Of a DNA stretch of 64,000 nt, positions 19,285 to 28,783 are shown piece by piece; position 1 is the first letter of the stretch; every line of letters starts with the position of its first letter. This DNA is from a virus: IMG/VR virus record IMGVR_UViG_3300045541_000131, positions 32,001 through 96,000 of that record. One strand, written 5' to 3'. Position numbers and translations under genes: made by a program. The notes beneath the pieces are model-generated. The model saw only the letters and a list, made by a program, of their open reading frames with translations, was not told the origin of the DNA and ran no database searches.

Positions 19285-20999
19285 AATACTTAGAAATATT
19301 CGAGCAAATGCTCAGTGAAATCAACATGAGCCCCAGCAGCCTAAGAACACTGGCCAGCCAGATTGATGCTCGTGCTGGCATGGAGTTCGAAATGTTAGTG
19401 CCAGGTGTTGGTGGTGCAGATGAAGAAGGCGACATGGAACCCGACTACGGTGCCGACGAGCGTATTCGTAGATTTGGTGATATTAGAGACTTTTTCTATG
19501 ATGGTAACTTCAATAGTCGTCGCGATGTAGAGAGTTTAATGGATGAAATCTGGAACGATTACGCGGACAGCGATTGGCTCAGCGAAAAGAAACAATCAGC
19601 ATGGGATGAAGTTGCCGAAGATCATATCCGTGATTTAGTAGAGCGTGACTATGGTGATGAATATTTAGAACAAGCTGAGGAAGAAGCCAAAGATCAAGCA
19701 CCGGAATTCGGCATGAACGCTGAAGAACTACAACAAGCTGTACAGGTTCGTTATAAAGAATTATTCCTAGACAAAGTCAACGAAATCCTCAGCGACATGG
19801 GCGACGACTACGACAAGGCCTTTGAAGAATGGCAAGACGAAGTTTGGCCTGAAATTTGGAACGACGATGACATGTTCACCGACTGGGCCGAGGAAGAAGG
19901 CATGAGAATGATGAGTGACATAACAAGAGGTTATGAAATCACATGGCCACATTGGGAATCGCCTGAAACCGAAGGTGAAATAGACATTGAACAAGTTGCT
20001 GATGAATTCGGCGATGCTATAGGCAGACCAGTTAATTGGAGCCGCAATTATCATGGCGGCAAGCGAGCAGCCAACACTTATGTGGTCGAACCCGACGGCA
20101 GTTTAGATGGCGATGATCCTGGTGATGCTGGCTTAGAATTTGTTAGCCCACCATTACCCATACAAGAACTATTAAGTGATTTGGTTAAAGTTAAAAAATG
20201 GGCCGAAAGAGCAGGTGCTTATACAAATTCCAGTACTGGCTTACATATCAATGTCAGCGTACCTGGTTGGCAAGGCAATTTACAAGACTTAGATTATGTT
20301 AAACTAGCTGTATTGTTAGGCGATGAATATATTCTAGCTCAGTTTGGTCGCAGCAGTAACACTTATACCAAGAGTGCTTTAGGCATAGTTAAAAAGCATA
20401 TTCAACAGAGACCGCAAGACGCCGAGGCTCTGCTCAAGCAAATGAAGGATCACTTAAATGCTGCTGCCAGTAAATTAATACACAGCGGCGTTACTGAAAA
20501 GTATACCAGTATCAATGTTAAGGGTGGCTATATAGAATTTCGTAGTCCTGGCGGCGACTGGTTAAATGAAGATTTGGCTACGATTGAAGCAACCTTATTA
20601 CGATTTGTAGTGGCCATGGATGCGGCAGTGGATCCCAACAAGTACAAAGAAGAATACGCAAAGAAGCTTTATAAGTTATTAGCCCCTAGCAATGACACAA
20701 CAGATACGCTACAATACTTTGCTAGATTCAGTGCTGGCACACTACCTCGCAGTGCGTTGACTAGTTTTGTTAAACAAGCACAACTACAGCGTACAATGAA
20801 GAAAACAGGTCCTCAAGCGGGCAAGCGTTATTGGTGGGATGTATCTAAGCCGGACTCAGCAGCTGGCATTAGAGTAGTAGCTGCCACGAAAGAAGAAGCC
20901 ATTGCCAAGGCACAGGGAGAATACCCAGAATGGCGATATGCTAGAAACATTGTAGCTACGCCTTCGGAAGAATACAAAGAACAGGGAGCAGGCTCATGA
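19281..20999 (+). CDS. Putative amidoligase (COOH-NH2 ligase family) with a large acidic insert
   Basis: GMEFE, EPDGSL, GLEFVSPP, TGLHINVS, KY.SIN and IEFR motifs; MKYLEIFE leader. Confidence 0.78.
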   Translation: MKYLEIFEQMLSEINMSPSSLRTLASQIDARAGMEFEMLVPGVGGADEEGDMEPDYGADERIRRFGDIRDFFYDGNFNSRRDVESLMDEIWNDYADSDWLSEKKQSAWDEVAEDHIRDLVERDYGDEYLEQAEEEAKDQAPEFGMNAEELQQAVQVRYKELFLDKVNEILSDMGDDYDKAFEEWQDEVWPEIWNDDDMFTDWAEEEGMRMMSDITRGYEITWPHWESPETEGEIDIEQVADEFGDAIGRPVNWSRNYHGGKRAANTYVVEPDGSLDGDDPGDAGLEFVSPPLPIQELLSDLVKVKKWAERAGAYTNSSTGLHINVSVPGWQGNLQDLDYVKLAVLLGDEYILAQFGRSSNTYTKSALGIVKKHIQQRPQDAEALLKQMKDHLNAAASKLIHSGVTEKYTSINVKGGYIEFRSPGGDWLNEDLATIEATLLRFVVAMDAAVDPNKYKEEYAKKLYKLLAPSNDTTDTLQYFARFSAGTLPRSALTSFVKQAQLQRTMKKTGPQAGKRYWWDVSKPDSAAGIRVVAATKEEAIAKAQGEYPEWRYARNIVATPSEEYKEQGAGS

Positions 21000-22342
21000 G
21001 ATTAAGCGATTTACAAGAAAGTCAAACTGTCGTCGAAGACGCAAATCCTGTACAAAAGGCAGCAGTACATTTCTTTAACAGTAAAGTTGGCGATGTAGAC
21101 AAAGAAGCCGTTGATAACTATGTAGACGCTGCTAACAGTCTTTATAAAAAAGCACAGCAACAGGGTTTTGGCGATCAAGTAAAGCAAGCATTAGTTAAAG
21201 CCAAGAAAAGTCCTTATTTACAAGGTGGTGTTGTTACTACCATTGGTGCTGTACTTACTGGCGGATTATTAGCATCAGCACAGAGATTTGGCTTAACTCC
21301 TGGTCAAACAAATATGTTATTACAAGCAGTATTGAATACAGTTATTCCTACTGTAGTTAGTCGCATTAATGGTCGCAGTTGGGATGAAACTATTAAGTAT
21401 ACATTGGCCAGTGCCGCTACTGGCATAGGTGCCGCAGCAGCCATGGGCGAATCAGACTACAGTCCAATGACCAAAGACGCAATGAAAGCAGACAAGATCC
21501 GCAGTCTAGAGAATCTTATTGCCAAGTACAAAGAACAAGGTCGCCAATTAAAAGTTCAAGAACTTGAATTAGAACTAAAGAAACTACAAGGTGTGGCAGA
21601 AGGCCCATTGAATGAATCCGATAAATTTACTAGTTGGTATGATTGGAAAGATCAGGCTATAAGTAGTGGGTATACTATTACAAAAAAAGATGATAAAATT
21701 GTAGCATTGAACAAACAAGGCCAAATAGTCGGTCATTGGTCTGATGTTGGTAGGTTTCTAAGTGGTAAGGCACCGCGCCCAAATTTCAATGCCGCAATGC
21801 GGGCAAAAAAAAATCTAGATAATGAGCAAGGTGTGGCGGAAGAAATCAATCCCGAAGTTAAACAACCTGGGTTTAAGCATCGAATCGTAATAGGCGATTA
21901 CATCTATAGTGCCAAAGGCTCTCCCAGTGGCCTAAGGATAGAATGCCACGATAGTGAAGGTACACTTTTAGGCTACGCTCAGTTTATGTTTTACCGAGAC
22001 CACCTTGAAAGTCAGTATACTAAAGTTCGTAGTCAATACCAAGGCCAAGGTATAGCCAGCAATATGTATGCTTACGCACACATGCTAGGCAATGATATTC
22101 AGCCAAGTCCTTATTTAGAGCCTGACGGTAAAAAAATGTGGCGAGCATTCAAAAAATCCGGGGCGGCAAAAATTATGGCCGGTGATACAGTTAAGGAAGC
22201 CAAAATGAGTGCTGCTGTTAGATTTCAGCGTGCCATGGATCGCGAGCGTGCCAAAACTGATGCCCATTATCGAGCAGGCAAAGAAGTAATGGCTCGTGCT
22301 CGTGCCGAACAAGACAAGAAAAAAGAACAAGAGAAAAAATGA
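20996..22342 (+). CDS. Modular putative internal virion protein containing a GNAT acetyltransferase domain
   Basis: MRLSDLQE leader, two QGVAE junctions, and GNAT motif A V.SQYQGQGIA..MY. Confidence 0.7.
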   Translation: MRLSDLQESQTVVEDANPVQKAAVHFFNSKVGDVDKEAVDNYVDAANSLYKKAQQQGFGDQVKQALVKAKKSPYLQGGVVTTIGAVLTGGLLASAQRFGLTPGQTNMLLQAVLNTVIPTVVSRINGRSWDETIKYTLASAATGIGAAAAMGESDYSPMTKDAMKADKIRSLENLIAKYKEQGRQLKVQELELELKKLQGVAEGPLNESDKFTSWYDWKDQAISSGYTITKKDDKIVALNKQGQIVGHWSDVGRFLSGKAPRPNFNAAMRAKKNLDNEQGVAEEINPEVKQPGFKHRIVIGDYIYSAKGSPSGLRIECHDSEGTLLGYAQFMFYRDHLESQYTKVRSQYQGQGIASNMYAYAHMLGNDIQPSPYLEPDGKKMWRAFKKSGAAKIMAGDTVKEAKMSAAVRFQRAMDRERAKTDAHYRAGKEVMARARAEQDKKKEQEKK

Positions 22343-22527
22343 AAACAATACACTGGTTCTATTTTGTATCAGCTCTTTGCGTAACATTTTTCGCAGGCTT
22401 AGTCTTAGGCATGATTGCCATGCGAGATTTTATGGCCGAAGAATTTATTGTTATAGATCCTGAAAAACTTCAGCACTATCGTCAGATTCATGAACCTGTA
22501 AAAAAATCTCAAGGAATGACAGCATGA
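22339..22527 (+). CDS. Small membrane protein
   Basis: 62 aa with one N-terminal hydrophobic helix; ATGA overlaps at both ends. Confidence 0.55.
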   Translation: MKTIHWFYFVSALCVTFFAGLVLGMIAMRDFMAEEFIVIDPEKLQHYRQIHEPVKKSQGMTA

Positions 22528-23771
22528 GATTACTTGAATTAAAGCAAGGTCTGGGACTAACTATCTTCGACATCGACGATACGCTGTTTCACACCACCGC
22601 CGAAATTAAAGTAATTAAGAACGGGCAAATTGTTCGCAGTCTAAATAATCAAGAATTCAACAACTACGAATTACAACCCGGCGAGTCATTTGACTTTGGT
22701 GAATTCCGCAGTGCCGAAAAGTTTAATCGTGAAAGTAAACCTATTAGACCAATGATTGCCAAATTAAAAGCCATGCTAAAGAACGCCGGAGACAGCACAG
22801 TTATCATGCTGACTGCTCGTGCCGACTTTGACGATAAAGAAAAGTTTTTAAGCACATTTGAAAAGTATGGCATTGATATGAGTCGTGTTCATGTACATCG
22901 TGCTGGCAACTTGCCTGGAGATGATATACCTGCTGAAAAGAAAGCCGTATGGGTTCGTCGCTACTTAGACACTGGCAAGTATGGTCGTGTAAGATTATAT
23001 GATGACAGCAGAACAAACTTAAAGGTATTTAAAGCATTGGCGGCAGAATACCCCAATGTTGAGTTCGAAGCCTACTATGTTGATCCTAATGGTCAAGCCA
23101 TAGTTCATGAACAAGAAGTATTTGAAGATTACAGCACTATAGTTCAAACACTTAGAAAAGCTGGCTATCAAGAACTTGGATCAGGTGCTGATGCTACTGT
23201 ATGGACCAAAGATGCAGGAACTGTAATTAAAATTATTGTACCCGAAGACGAAGAATCTGAGTCGGATCAAGCAGTTGCTACATTTAAAAAGTTCTACGAG
23301 TTCTGTATGGCACACCAGGACATAGAATGTTTGCCTAAGTTTATTAAAATACAAGGTAGCCATTACGCAGAGTTTGAAATAAAAGGTCGAACATTTTTAC
23401 AAATTGCCATGGAACAATTATATCCCATAAAGAAGAATAGCTTCGAACAAGGTATAGTTTATGTATTCAGCGATTATGCTACTAAACGAATACCATGGCA
23501 ACGAGTTAAACAAGAACTCACTCTGCCAAAAACATGGCATGATACTGAATTCTTTGAAAGAAAAGCTAATGAATTCGCATTGAAAATATCCCAGTTGAAT
23601 GAATTAGATGAAGCAAAATTATCAGTGCTATACAATGTAATGGTATTGTTATATCACACTGGTAGAATAAACAAGATGGGTTGGGATTTACACACAGAAA
23701 ATGCCATGCTAAGACGAGATGGCACTATAGTTATTATTGATCCGTGGTTCAATATAGAGGATGGTGTATGA
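22524..23771 (+). CDS. HAD phosphatase fused to a protein-kinase-like (APH/ePK) domain
   Basis: HAD motifs FDIDDTL, LTAR, K and LYDDS..N; kinase motifs LGSGADATV, VIKI, MEQL, WDLH.EN.M and IIDP. Confidence 0.78.
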   Translation: MRLLELKQGLGLTIFDIDDTLFHTTAEIKVIKNGQIVRSLNNQEFNNYELQPGESFDFGEFRSAEKFNRESKPIRPMIAKLKAMLKNAGDSTVIMLTARADFDDKEKFLSTFEKYGIDMSRVHVHRAGNLPGDDIPAEKKAVWVRRYLDTGKYGRVRLYDDSRTNLKVFKALAAEYPNVEFEAYYVDPNGQAIVHEQEVFEDYSTIVQTLRKAGYQELGSGADATVWTKDAGTVIKIIVPEDEESESDQAVATFKKFYEFCMAHQDIECLPKFIKIQGSHYAEFEIKGRTFLQIAMEQLYPIKKNSFEQGIVYVFSDYATKRIPWQRVKQELTLPKTWHDTEFFERKANEFALKISQLNELDEAKLSVLYNVMVLLYHTGRINKMGWDLHTENAMLRRDGTIVIIDPWFNIEDGV

Positions 23772-24082
23772 ACATTGATGATTTAATGGGAAAGAGTCGT
23801 CCTAAAAAAGTCCAGCGTGAATATACTGACATGGAAAGAGCCATCATGGAAGGCGGCGGGGAAATATTATCAGACGATGTTTATTACCTACAAAAGGAAT
23901 TAGAACAACAGTTTGAAAACTTTGCCGACGGAAAGAAACCTGGACGCAAAGGACTAGCAAAACGCATGGGTGTAGATTGTAGCAAAAGCGAAACTGCACT
24001 ACGCAAGATTGCTAAAAATTCATCAGGCGAGCGTCAGCGTATGGCACATTGGTGTGCTAACATGAAGGGTGGCCGCAAGTGA
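23768..24082 (+). CDS. Small modular putative internal protein
   Basis: MNIDDL start, then a basic module after FE|NFADGKKPGRKG...HWCANMK. Confidence 0.6.
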   Translation: MNIDDLMGKSRPKKVQREYTDMERAIMEGGGEILSDDVYYLQKELEQQFENFADGKKPGRKGLAKRMGVDCSKSETALRKIAKNSSGERQRMAHWCANMKGGRK

Positions 24083-24639
24083 AAGTTGCAGACATTATCA
24101 CCGAAGCCAAAGTCAGTGTCCGTGATCAAATCATTGCGGCTGTTAAAAAAGATGGCGGCAAGTTAAATGACTATTTTGTTAGATTTACAGATGTTGACCA
24201 GTTGGGATATTCAGCACGACAAAAGTTTGGTCGTACACCCGATGTCGGCGCTCCTGATTTTGATGTTGATTACATAGGAACAAACAAAGGTAGTCCAGCA
24301 CTTTGGTTTTACCCTTTAAAATATTATCTCAGTCAAAAAGAATCCTATGCTACTGATAAACCTTATGTATGGGTAGTCAAATTAAAACCTACAGCATGGC
24401 TACAGCCCGTTAGCAGTTCAACTAAAGAAAAACAGCCTGCACCTGCAGGACTTGAGCGAGTGGGATTTTTACGCAAATCTACTGTGCCTGCTGCTATATT
24501 TTTTAAACCTGGCTATGAACTTGTGGCTAAAATCTATGACTATGGCGGGCAGCATCAAAGACATGGTGAAGTCAAGGGTGCTCCTAAAAAACCTGGTTTA
24601 CTGTCAAAGGTATTAGGTATGTTTGGTAAAGGTAAATAA
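24079..24639 (+). CDS. Hypothetical protein with capsid-targeting-like leader
   Basis: MKVADIITE|A leader. Confidence 0.65.
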   Translation: MKVADIITEAKVSVRDQIIAAVKKDGGKLNDYFVRFTDVDQLGYSARQKFGRTPDVGAPDFDVDYIGTNKGSPALWFYPLKYYLSQKESYATDKPYVWVVKLKPTAWLQPVSSSTKEKQPAPAGLERVGFLRKSTVPAAIFFKPGYELVAKIYDYGGQHQRHGEVKGAPKKPGLLSKVLGMFGKGK

Positions 24640-24645
24640 TATATT

Positions 24646-25983
24646 ATGCGATTACTAGAAATTAAATCACTATTAGAAGCTACAACACTTACCGCCAAGG
24701 AAATGTCCAAATACCCTTTCCGCCAAGAAGTGTTTTTACAAAAAGTTAAAAATCAAAGTCCTTTTGAACTAGATGACGGAACCAGCGGTGTAGTTGATAA
24801 AAAAGAACTACCTAGACTAAAGCAATTATTTGCAGCTGGTAACTTTGCTGCTGTTGGCAAAATCAAGCTAGCAGATGGCAGAATGGTTGCCATGGGCAAG
24901 TTTAAAAAGACTGGTGAGTTTGGCGGCAAGACTGGTGGCGAAGAAGGTAAAGTAAGTAATCGCGGTGAAGTTGCTGAAGGCATTATGGGTGCAGGTTTAT
25001 TTGCTAAACTAGCTGCTCGTGCCGGCGGAAAAATTAATGCTATTGGCCCAGATGATATTTGGCGTGTTATTGACCAACTAAAAAGCTCCGGTGCCGACGA
25101 ATACTCGATGAAGATTCGTGATGCTGGTAAGGTAGTCGTCAATGACAGCATTGTGTTTACATTAAGGCTAAAAGAAGGTCCTTATAAGGATTTGCTAAAT
25201 CCAGCCAAGCGTAGTTTATTAACTGACTTAGTGGGTAGCGTAGTTGAGTTTTCTAACAGTAAGGATGCTGAAGAATACAGTAAGTATTTCTACTTAAATG
25301 GCAAGCCTGATATTATCAATGTTATTGCCGACGGGGTTACTGAAGAGAAAAGCAGTAAAGTTGACGTTAAGGTCGTAGTAACTGATCCTAAGACTGGTCA
25401 ACAAAGCGAGCGTGTATTGAATCTAAGCCTAAAAGCTGGAGCCGATCAGTTCGGTCAAGTTGGCGGTGGCAAGGCCGCTGTTGCCGGCAGTCAGTTTGAA
25501 AGCCAAAAAACACTATGGAGTCGTTTTGGTATAGATGTAGAAAGTCTACGTGCTGACTTTGAGCGTTTACTCAAGGATAAAGGCCTATTGGAGGCCATTG
25601 CCATGATGTATACTAACGCTGACAGCATGTTTAGAGAACTATTAAGCGGTGACTACGACGAAGAAGAATATTTGTATCTAAAGGACTTTGTCAAAGCCAT
25701 TAATTATTTTGCTACATTAAACATGCCTAATATCTTATTAGTCAGCATGGAAGGCGGCACTTATGATGTGTTGAACTTTGACTTGCTAGAAGGCAAGCTA
25801 AAAGACATCAATCTCAGCAGTAGATTTAGCGAAACAACCAAGAATCCTCAAGTTGAAATTTACGACGAAGCTACAGGACAATGGCTGCTTAGAGTTCGTG
25901 CTAAAGTAGAGGGCGGTAGTTATTTGCGTAACTACATCGAAAAAGGCCCGCTAATGTCTAAGCTAATTAGCGTCAAACGCTAA
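24646..25983 (+). CDS. Putative PD-(D/E)xK-like nuclease with capsid-targeting-like leader
   Basis: MRLLEIKSLLE leader; NRGEVAEG, KVDV and LSLK spaced as in restriction-like nucleases; TAAATA 13 nt upstream. Confidence 0.45.
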   Translation: MRLLEIKSLLEATTLTAKEMSKYPFRQEVFLQKVKNQSPFELDDGTSGVVDKKELPRLKQLFAAGNFAAVGKIKLADGRMVAMGKFKKTGEFGGKTGGEEGKVSNRGEVAEGIMGAGLFAKLAARAGGKINAIGPDDIWRVIDQLKSSGADEYSMKIRDAGKVVVNDSIVFTLRLKEGPYKDLLNPAKRSLLTDLVGSVVEFSNSKDAEEYSKYFYLNGKPDIINVIADGVTEEKSSKVDVKVVVTDPKTGQQSERVLNLSLKAGADQFGQVGGGKAAVAGSQFESQKTLWSRFGIDVESLRADFERLLKDKGLLEAIAMMYTNADSMFRELLSGDYDEEEYLYLKDFVKAINYFATLNMPNILLVSMEGGTYDVLNFDLLEGKLKDINLSSRFSETTKNPQVEIYDEATGQWLLRVRAKVEGGSYLRNYIEKGPLMSKLISVKR

Positions 25984-26025
25984 TTTCAATTTAAAATAAT
26001 CGAACAAAATTGACTAAATAATACT

Positions 26026-26313
26026 ATGAAAATAGTAGAACTTATCGCGGAAGATGCAGGCGGCATGGGAGCAGGCAGCGTTGCTGCTGTAGCTATGCCT
26101 TTTATGCGTCCTCATCGCAAACGCAAAACACGCACAATGCGTCGGGAAAGCGGCAACGAAATCCTACGCAGAATGCCTTATAATAATATTGCCGAAGAAT
26201 TAATGGCTTCACTGGAAGAAAAGTGGAGCGAAAAATACAAGCGTAGTATTAACTGCGATAACCCTAAAGGTTTTAGTCAAAAAGCACATTGCCAAGGAAG
26301 AAAAAATGGATAA
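26026..26313 (+). CDS. Small modular putative internal protein
   Basis: MKIVELIAE leader; C-terminal module EKWS.KYKRSINC.NPKGFSQKAHC.GR. Confidence 0.65.
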   Translation: MKIVELIAEDAGGMGAGSVAAVAMPFMRPHRKRKTRTMRRESGNEILRRMPYNNIAEELMASLEEKWSEKYKRSINCDNPKGFSQKAHCQGRKNG

Positions 26314-27385
26314 AGCAAAAGCCCGTAAAATGTATGAACTTGCTGATCGTTTAAGCAAAGTTGATACAAGTAGCCTAAATGAACAGCAACTAGCAGAGCG
26401 TAGTGCTATGATTCAACGCCTTGGCGAAGAACTAAAAGCTATGAAGCAGGGTGTGGCGGAAGCCAGAGGTTTTACTGATCAAGACCTTGAATATTATGAT
26501 AGAGTGGCACGAGAAGCAATTGAGCTAAGTCGACAGTGGCAGAAGAAACCATTGGATACTATGATAGGCGGTAAGGCTATGATAAGGATTACTCAACTTT
26601 TAGGTCCAAGAGGTCTATTGCCAGAATTTTTTAAGGTAGACATTACAGCGGTCGCTGGCGATACTAACCATTATAAAGATCAGTATGCGAAGGCTATATC
26701 TGGTTACAATCCAGCCTATAAACCAACACAACTTATGCAACGGGTAAAGGAGCTCAATGAGCTGTTCGTTATAAGTAAGGATCCCAACGAAGTTGCAAAA
26801 CTAGACGCACAAAGATTGTCAATGGAAATATTTACGTTTGCTGGAATTATTCAAGATTTTGTGATACGACAACTTAACCAGATGGACATGCATAACCGTA
26901 ATAAATCGCTCCGATTCGGTCCAAACACCCAGCGCGAAGGTATGGCAGAAGACGAAGAAGACTTGCACACAAGTTTTAATGTTGTTAAACTTGGTGGTGC
27001 TTTAAATGCTGATCCTCGAACACTTCGTGCTGCTATTGCAAGACACATGCAGGGCAACCCCACAAGAACAGATATAATGGTATTAGCTAATGCGTTCATG
27101 GGAATGTTAAAGAACAGCGACGATCAAGAAATACAAAGAATTGCTAACTTAATCAAGTCTGGCAATCCTCGCGAAGTTCCGCAGGAAAGCACTGCTGCTA
27201 TAGCCGAACGCAATGCTTTCGTTGATGCAATGCGTCAAGTTAAAAAAGGTGAAAAGTTTACAGTAGGTGGCAAGGAGTTTACAAAGACTACAAGCCACGG
27301 TGAAGATGAAGTTAAAGAAGCCGTTGACACAGAAGCCTACGACAGACTCAAGAAGGCATTTGATTTCAGCGATTACAAAGGTTAA
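26306..27385 (+). CDS. Modular putative internal protein with a domain bounded by QGVAE...EGMAE
   Basis: Junction motifs at 26447 and 26936; several xxE sites (LNE, VKE, IAE). Confidence 0.65.
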   Translation: MDKAKARKMYELADRLSKVDTSSLNEQQLAERSAMIQRLGEELKAMKQGVAEARGFTDQDLEYYDRVAREAIELSRQWQKKPLDTMIGGKAMIRITQLLGPRGLLPEFFKVDITAVAGDTNHYKDQYAKAISGYNPAYKPTQLMQRVKELNELFVISKDPNEVAKLDAQRLSMEIFTFAGIIQDFVIRQLNQMDMHNRNKSLRFGPNTQREGMAEDEEDLHTSFNVVKLGGALNADPRTLRAAIARHMQGNPTRTDIMVLANAFMGMLKNSDDQEIQRIANLIKSGNPREVPQESTAAIAERNAFVDAMRQVKKGEKFTVGGKEFTKTTSHGEDEVKEAVDTEAYDRLKKAFDFSDYKG

Positions 27386-27388
27386 ATT

Positions 27389-28783
27389 ATGAAACTATTT
27401 GAATTATTCGAAAGCCCAATGATGACTGGGGCCAGCAATCTAAAAGTTATTGCCGACGCAGTCAGAAGCAGTACCAGTGCTGAAATCAGCTTGGGCGGTG
27501 AACCAGTAACACTAGAGCCACAAGAAGCAAACTATGTTTATAGTTTGTACAAGAGCGCATTAGAGAATGGTCGTCAAGAACAGTTTATGCAAATGCTCAG
27601 TGATCCACAAAGTTTTGATCGCATCATGGGCGGCATGCGTACTCGCATGGATACCATTCAACAAAAGATGTCAGGTACACACCCTAGCATGACAGGTGCT
27701 GCGGCAACTCGTATCGGTCAGCCTGGCGTGCAAGAAGATGCTCCTTTGGCAACTCCAGATCAACCTGCTGAAAACACACATACATTAAAGTATATTGTCA
27801 AGCGTTTTCCTAAAGAAGTTAAAGAGTTTTTCGGTACAGGCGAACTAGATGAGCATTTATACGATGCGTTATTTGATTACTACAACATGCATGGCGAAAT
27901 GCCATATGGCGTTGCTAAGGCTCGCACAGCCGATCCGATTCAGTGGATTGGTGACAGATTCGAAAAAGACGCACAACCATATCTTCACTTACATGAAAGT
28001 CTAACCGAAGCTAAGAAGGCAGTTTCTGAGCGTTGGGATGATGACGATGATGATTGGTGGGGTCTAAAAGACAAAAAGACTAGTAAGACCAGCGCAGGCG
28101 GTACAGTTACACAAACCGGCACCGGTGTTGTTCACAAAGGCAAATATGGCAGTGAATACCAAGGTGATGATGGCGACGACGATGACTACGATGAGTGGGG
28201 CAAGAAAAAACCCGAAGCTAAGGCCAAGGCTGCTGCTAAAAAGGCAGCTGATAAAGCAGCTGAAACAAAACGCAGTCGTGGACGCCCAAGTGCTGCTATC
28301 AAATCAGCCGACGGCAGTGAAACAATCAGTGACTACAGTACATGGTATCGTAAGAGCAAGCGCAGCCACCCTGAGCGTAAGATTGCTGGCAGTGCTAACA
28401 AAGCTGTGGCAGTTATTCCTAAGGGTAAGAAGTTTGCTGTAGTTGGTTCATGGGATGGCAGCAAAGGTAGTATTATGGCTAAAGCAGGAGAACTAATGAC
28501 TGCCGACCAATTAAGTAGCTTTAAGAGTGCCAAAGGTCGTCCTAAGAAAGTTCGTGAGTTCATCGAAAATCTACGCTATGTCGTAGAAGCTAAAAATGAC
28601 ATGGGCGAAACAGAATACACTACTTACAGCGGTTGGAAGGCTGCTTGTAAAAAGGCCGGGGCCGACAAGTTTGACGGTGACCGCGATATTTGCCAAGCTA
28701 TGAAAGATGGCAAGGGCGTAGGCGAGTGGGACGGTGCTGTGGGCACAGTTTATGATGACGCACATAAGAAAGCAGCAAAATGA
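27389..28783 (+). CDS. Modular putative internal protein with acidic and basic tracts and AT-hook-like RGRP/KGRP motifs
   Basis: MKLFELFE leader; repeated Y..W...VG.WDG modules. Confidence 0.65.
   Translation: MKLFELFESPMMTGASNLKVIADAVRSSTSAEISLGGEPVTLEPQEANYVYSLYKSALENGRQEQFMQMLSDPQSFDRIMGGMRTRMDTIQQKMSGTHPSMTGAAATRIGQPGVQEDAPLATPDQPAENTHTLKYIVKRFPKEVKEFFGTGELDEHLYDALFDYYNMHGEMPYGVAKARTADPIQWIGDRFEKDAQPYLHLHESLTEAKKAVSERWDDDDDDWWGLKDKKTSKTSAGGTVTQTGTGVVHKGKYGSEYQGDDGDDDDYDEWGKKKPEAKAKAAAKKAADKAAETKRSRGRPSAAIKSADGSETISDYSTWYRKSKRSHPERKIAGSANKAVAVIPKGKKFAVVGSWDGSKGSIMAKAGELMTADQLSSFKSAKGRPKKVREFIENLRYVVEAKNDMGETEYTTYSGWKAACKKAGADKFDGDRDICQAMKDGKGVGEWDGAVGTVYDDAHKKAAK

Noticed and set aside
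21827-21842. E. coli Chi site as the explanation of the QGVAE DNA motif
   Set aside because: GGTGTGGCGG is G-rich but is not GCTGGTGG. A Chi-like role in another host cannot be judged from this window.
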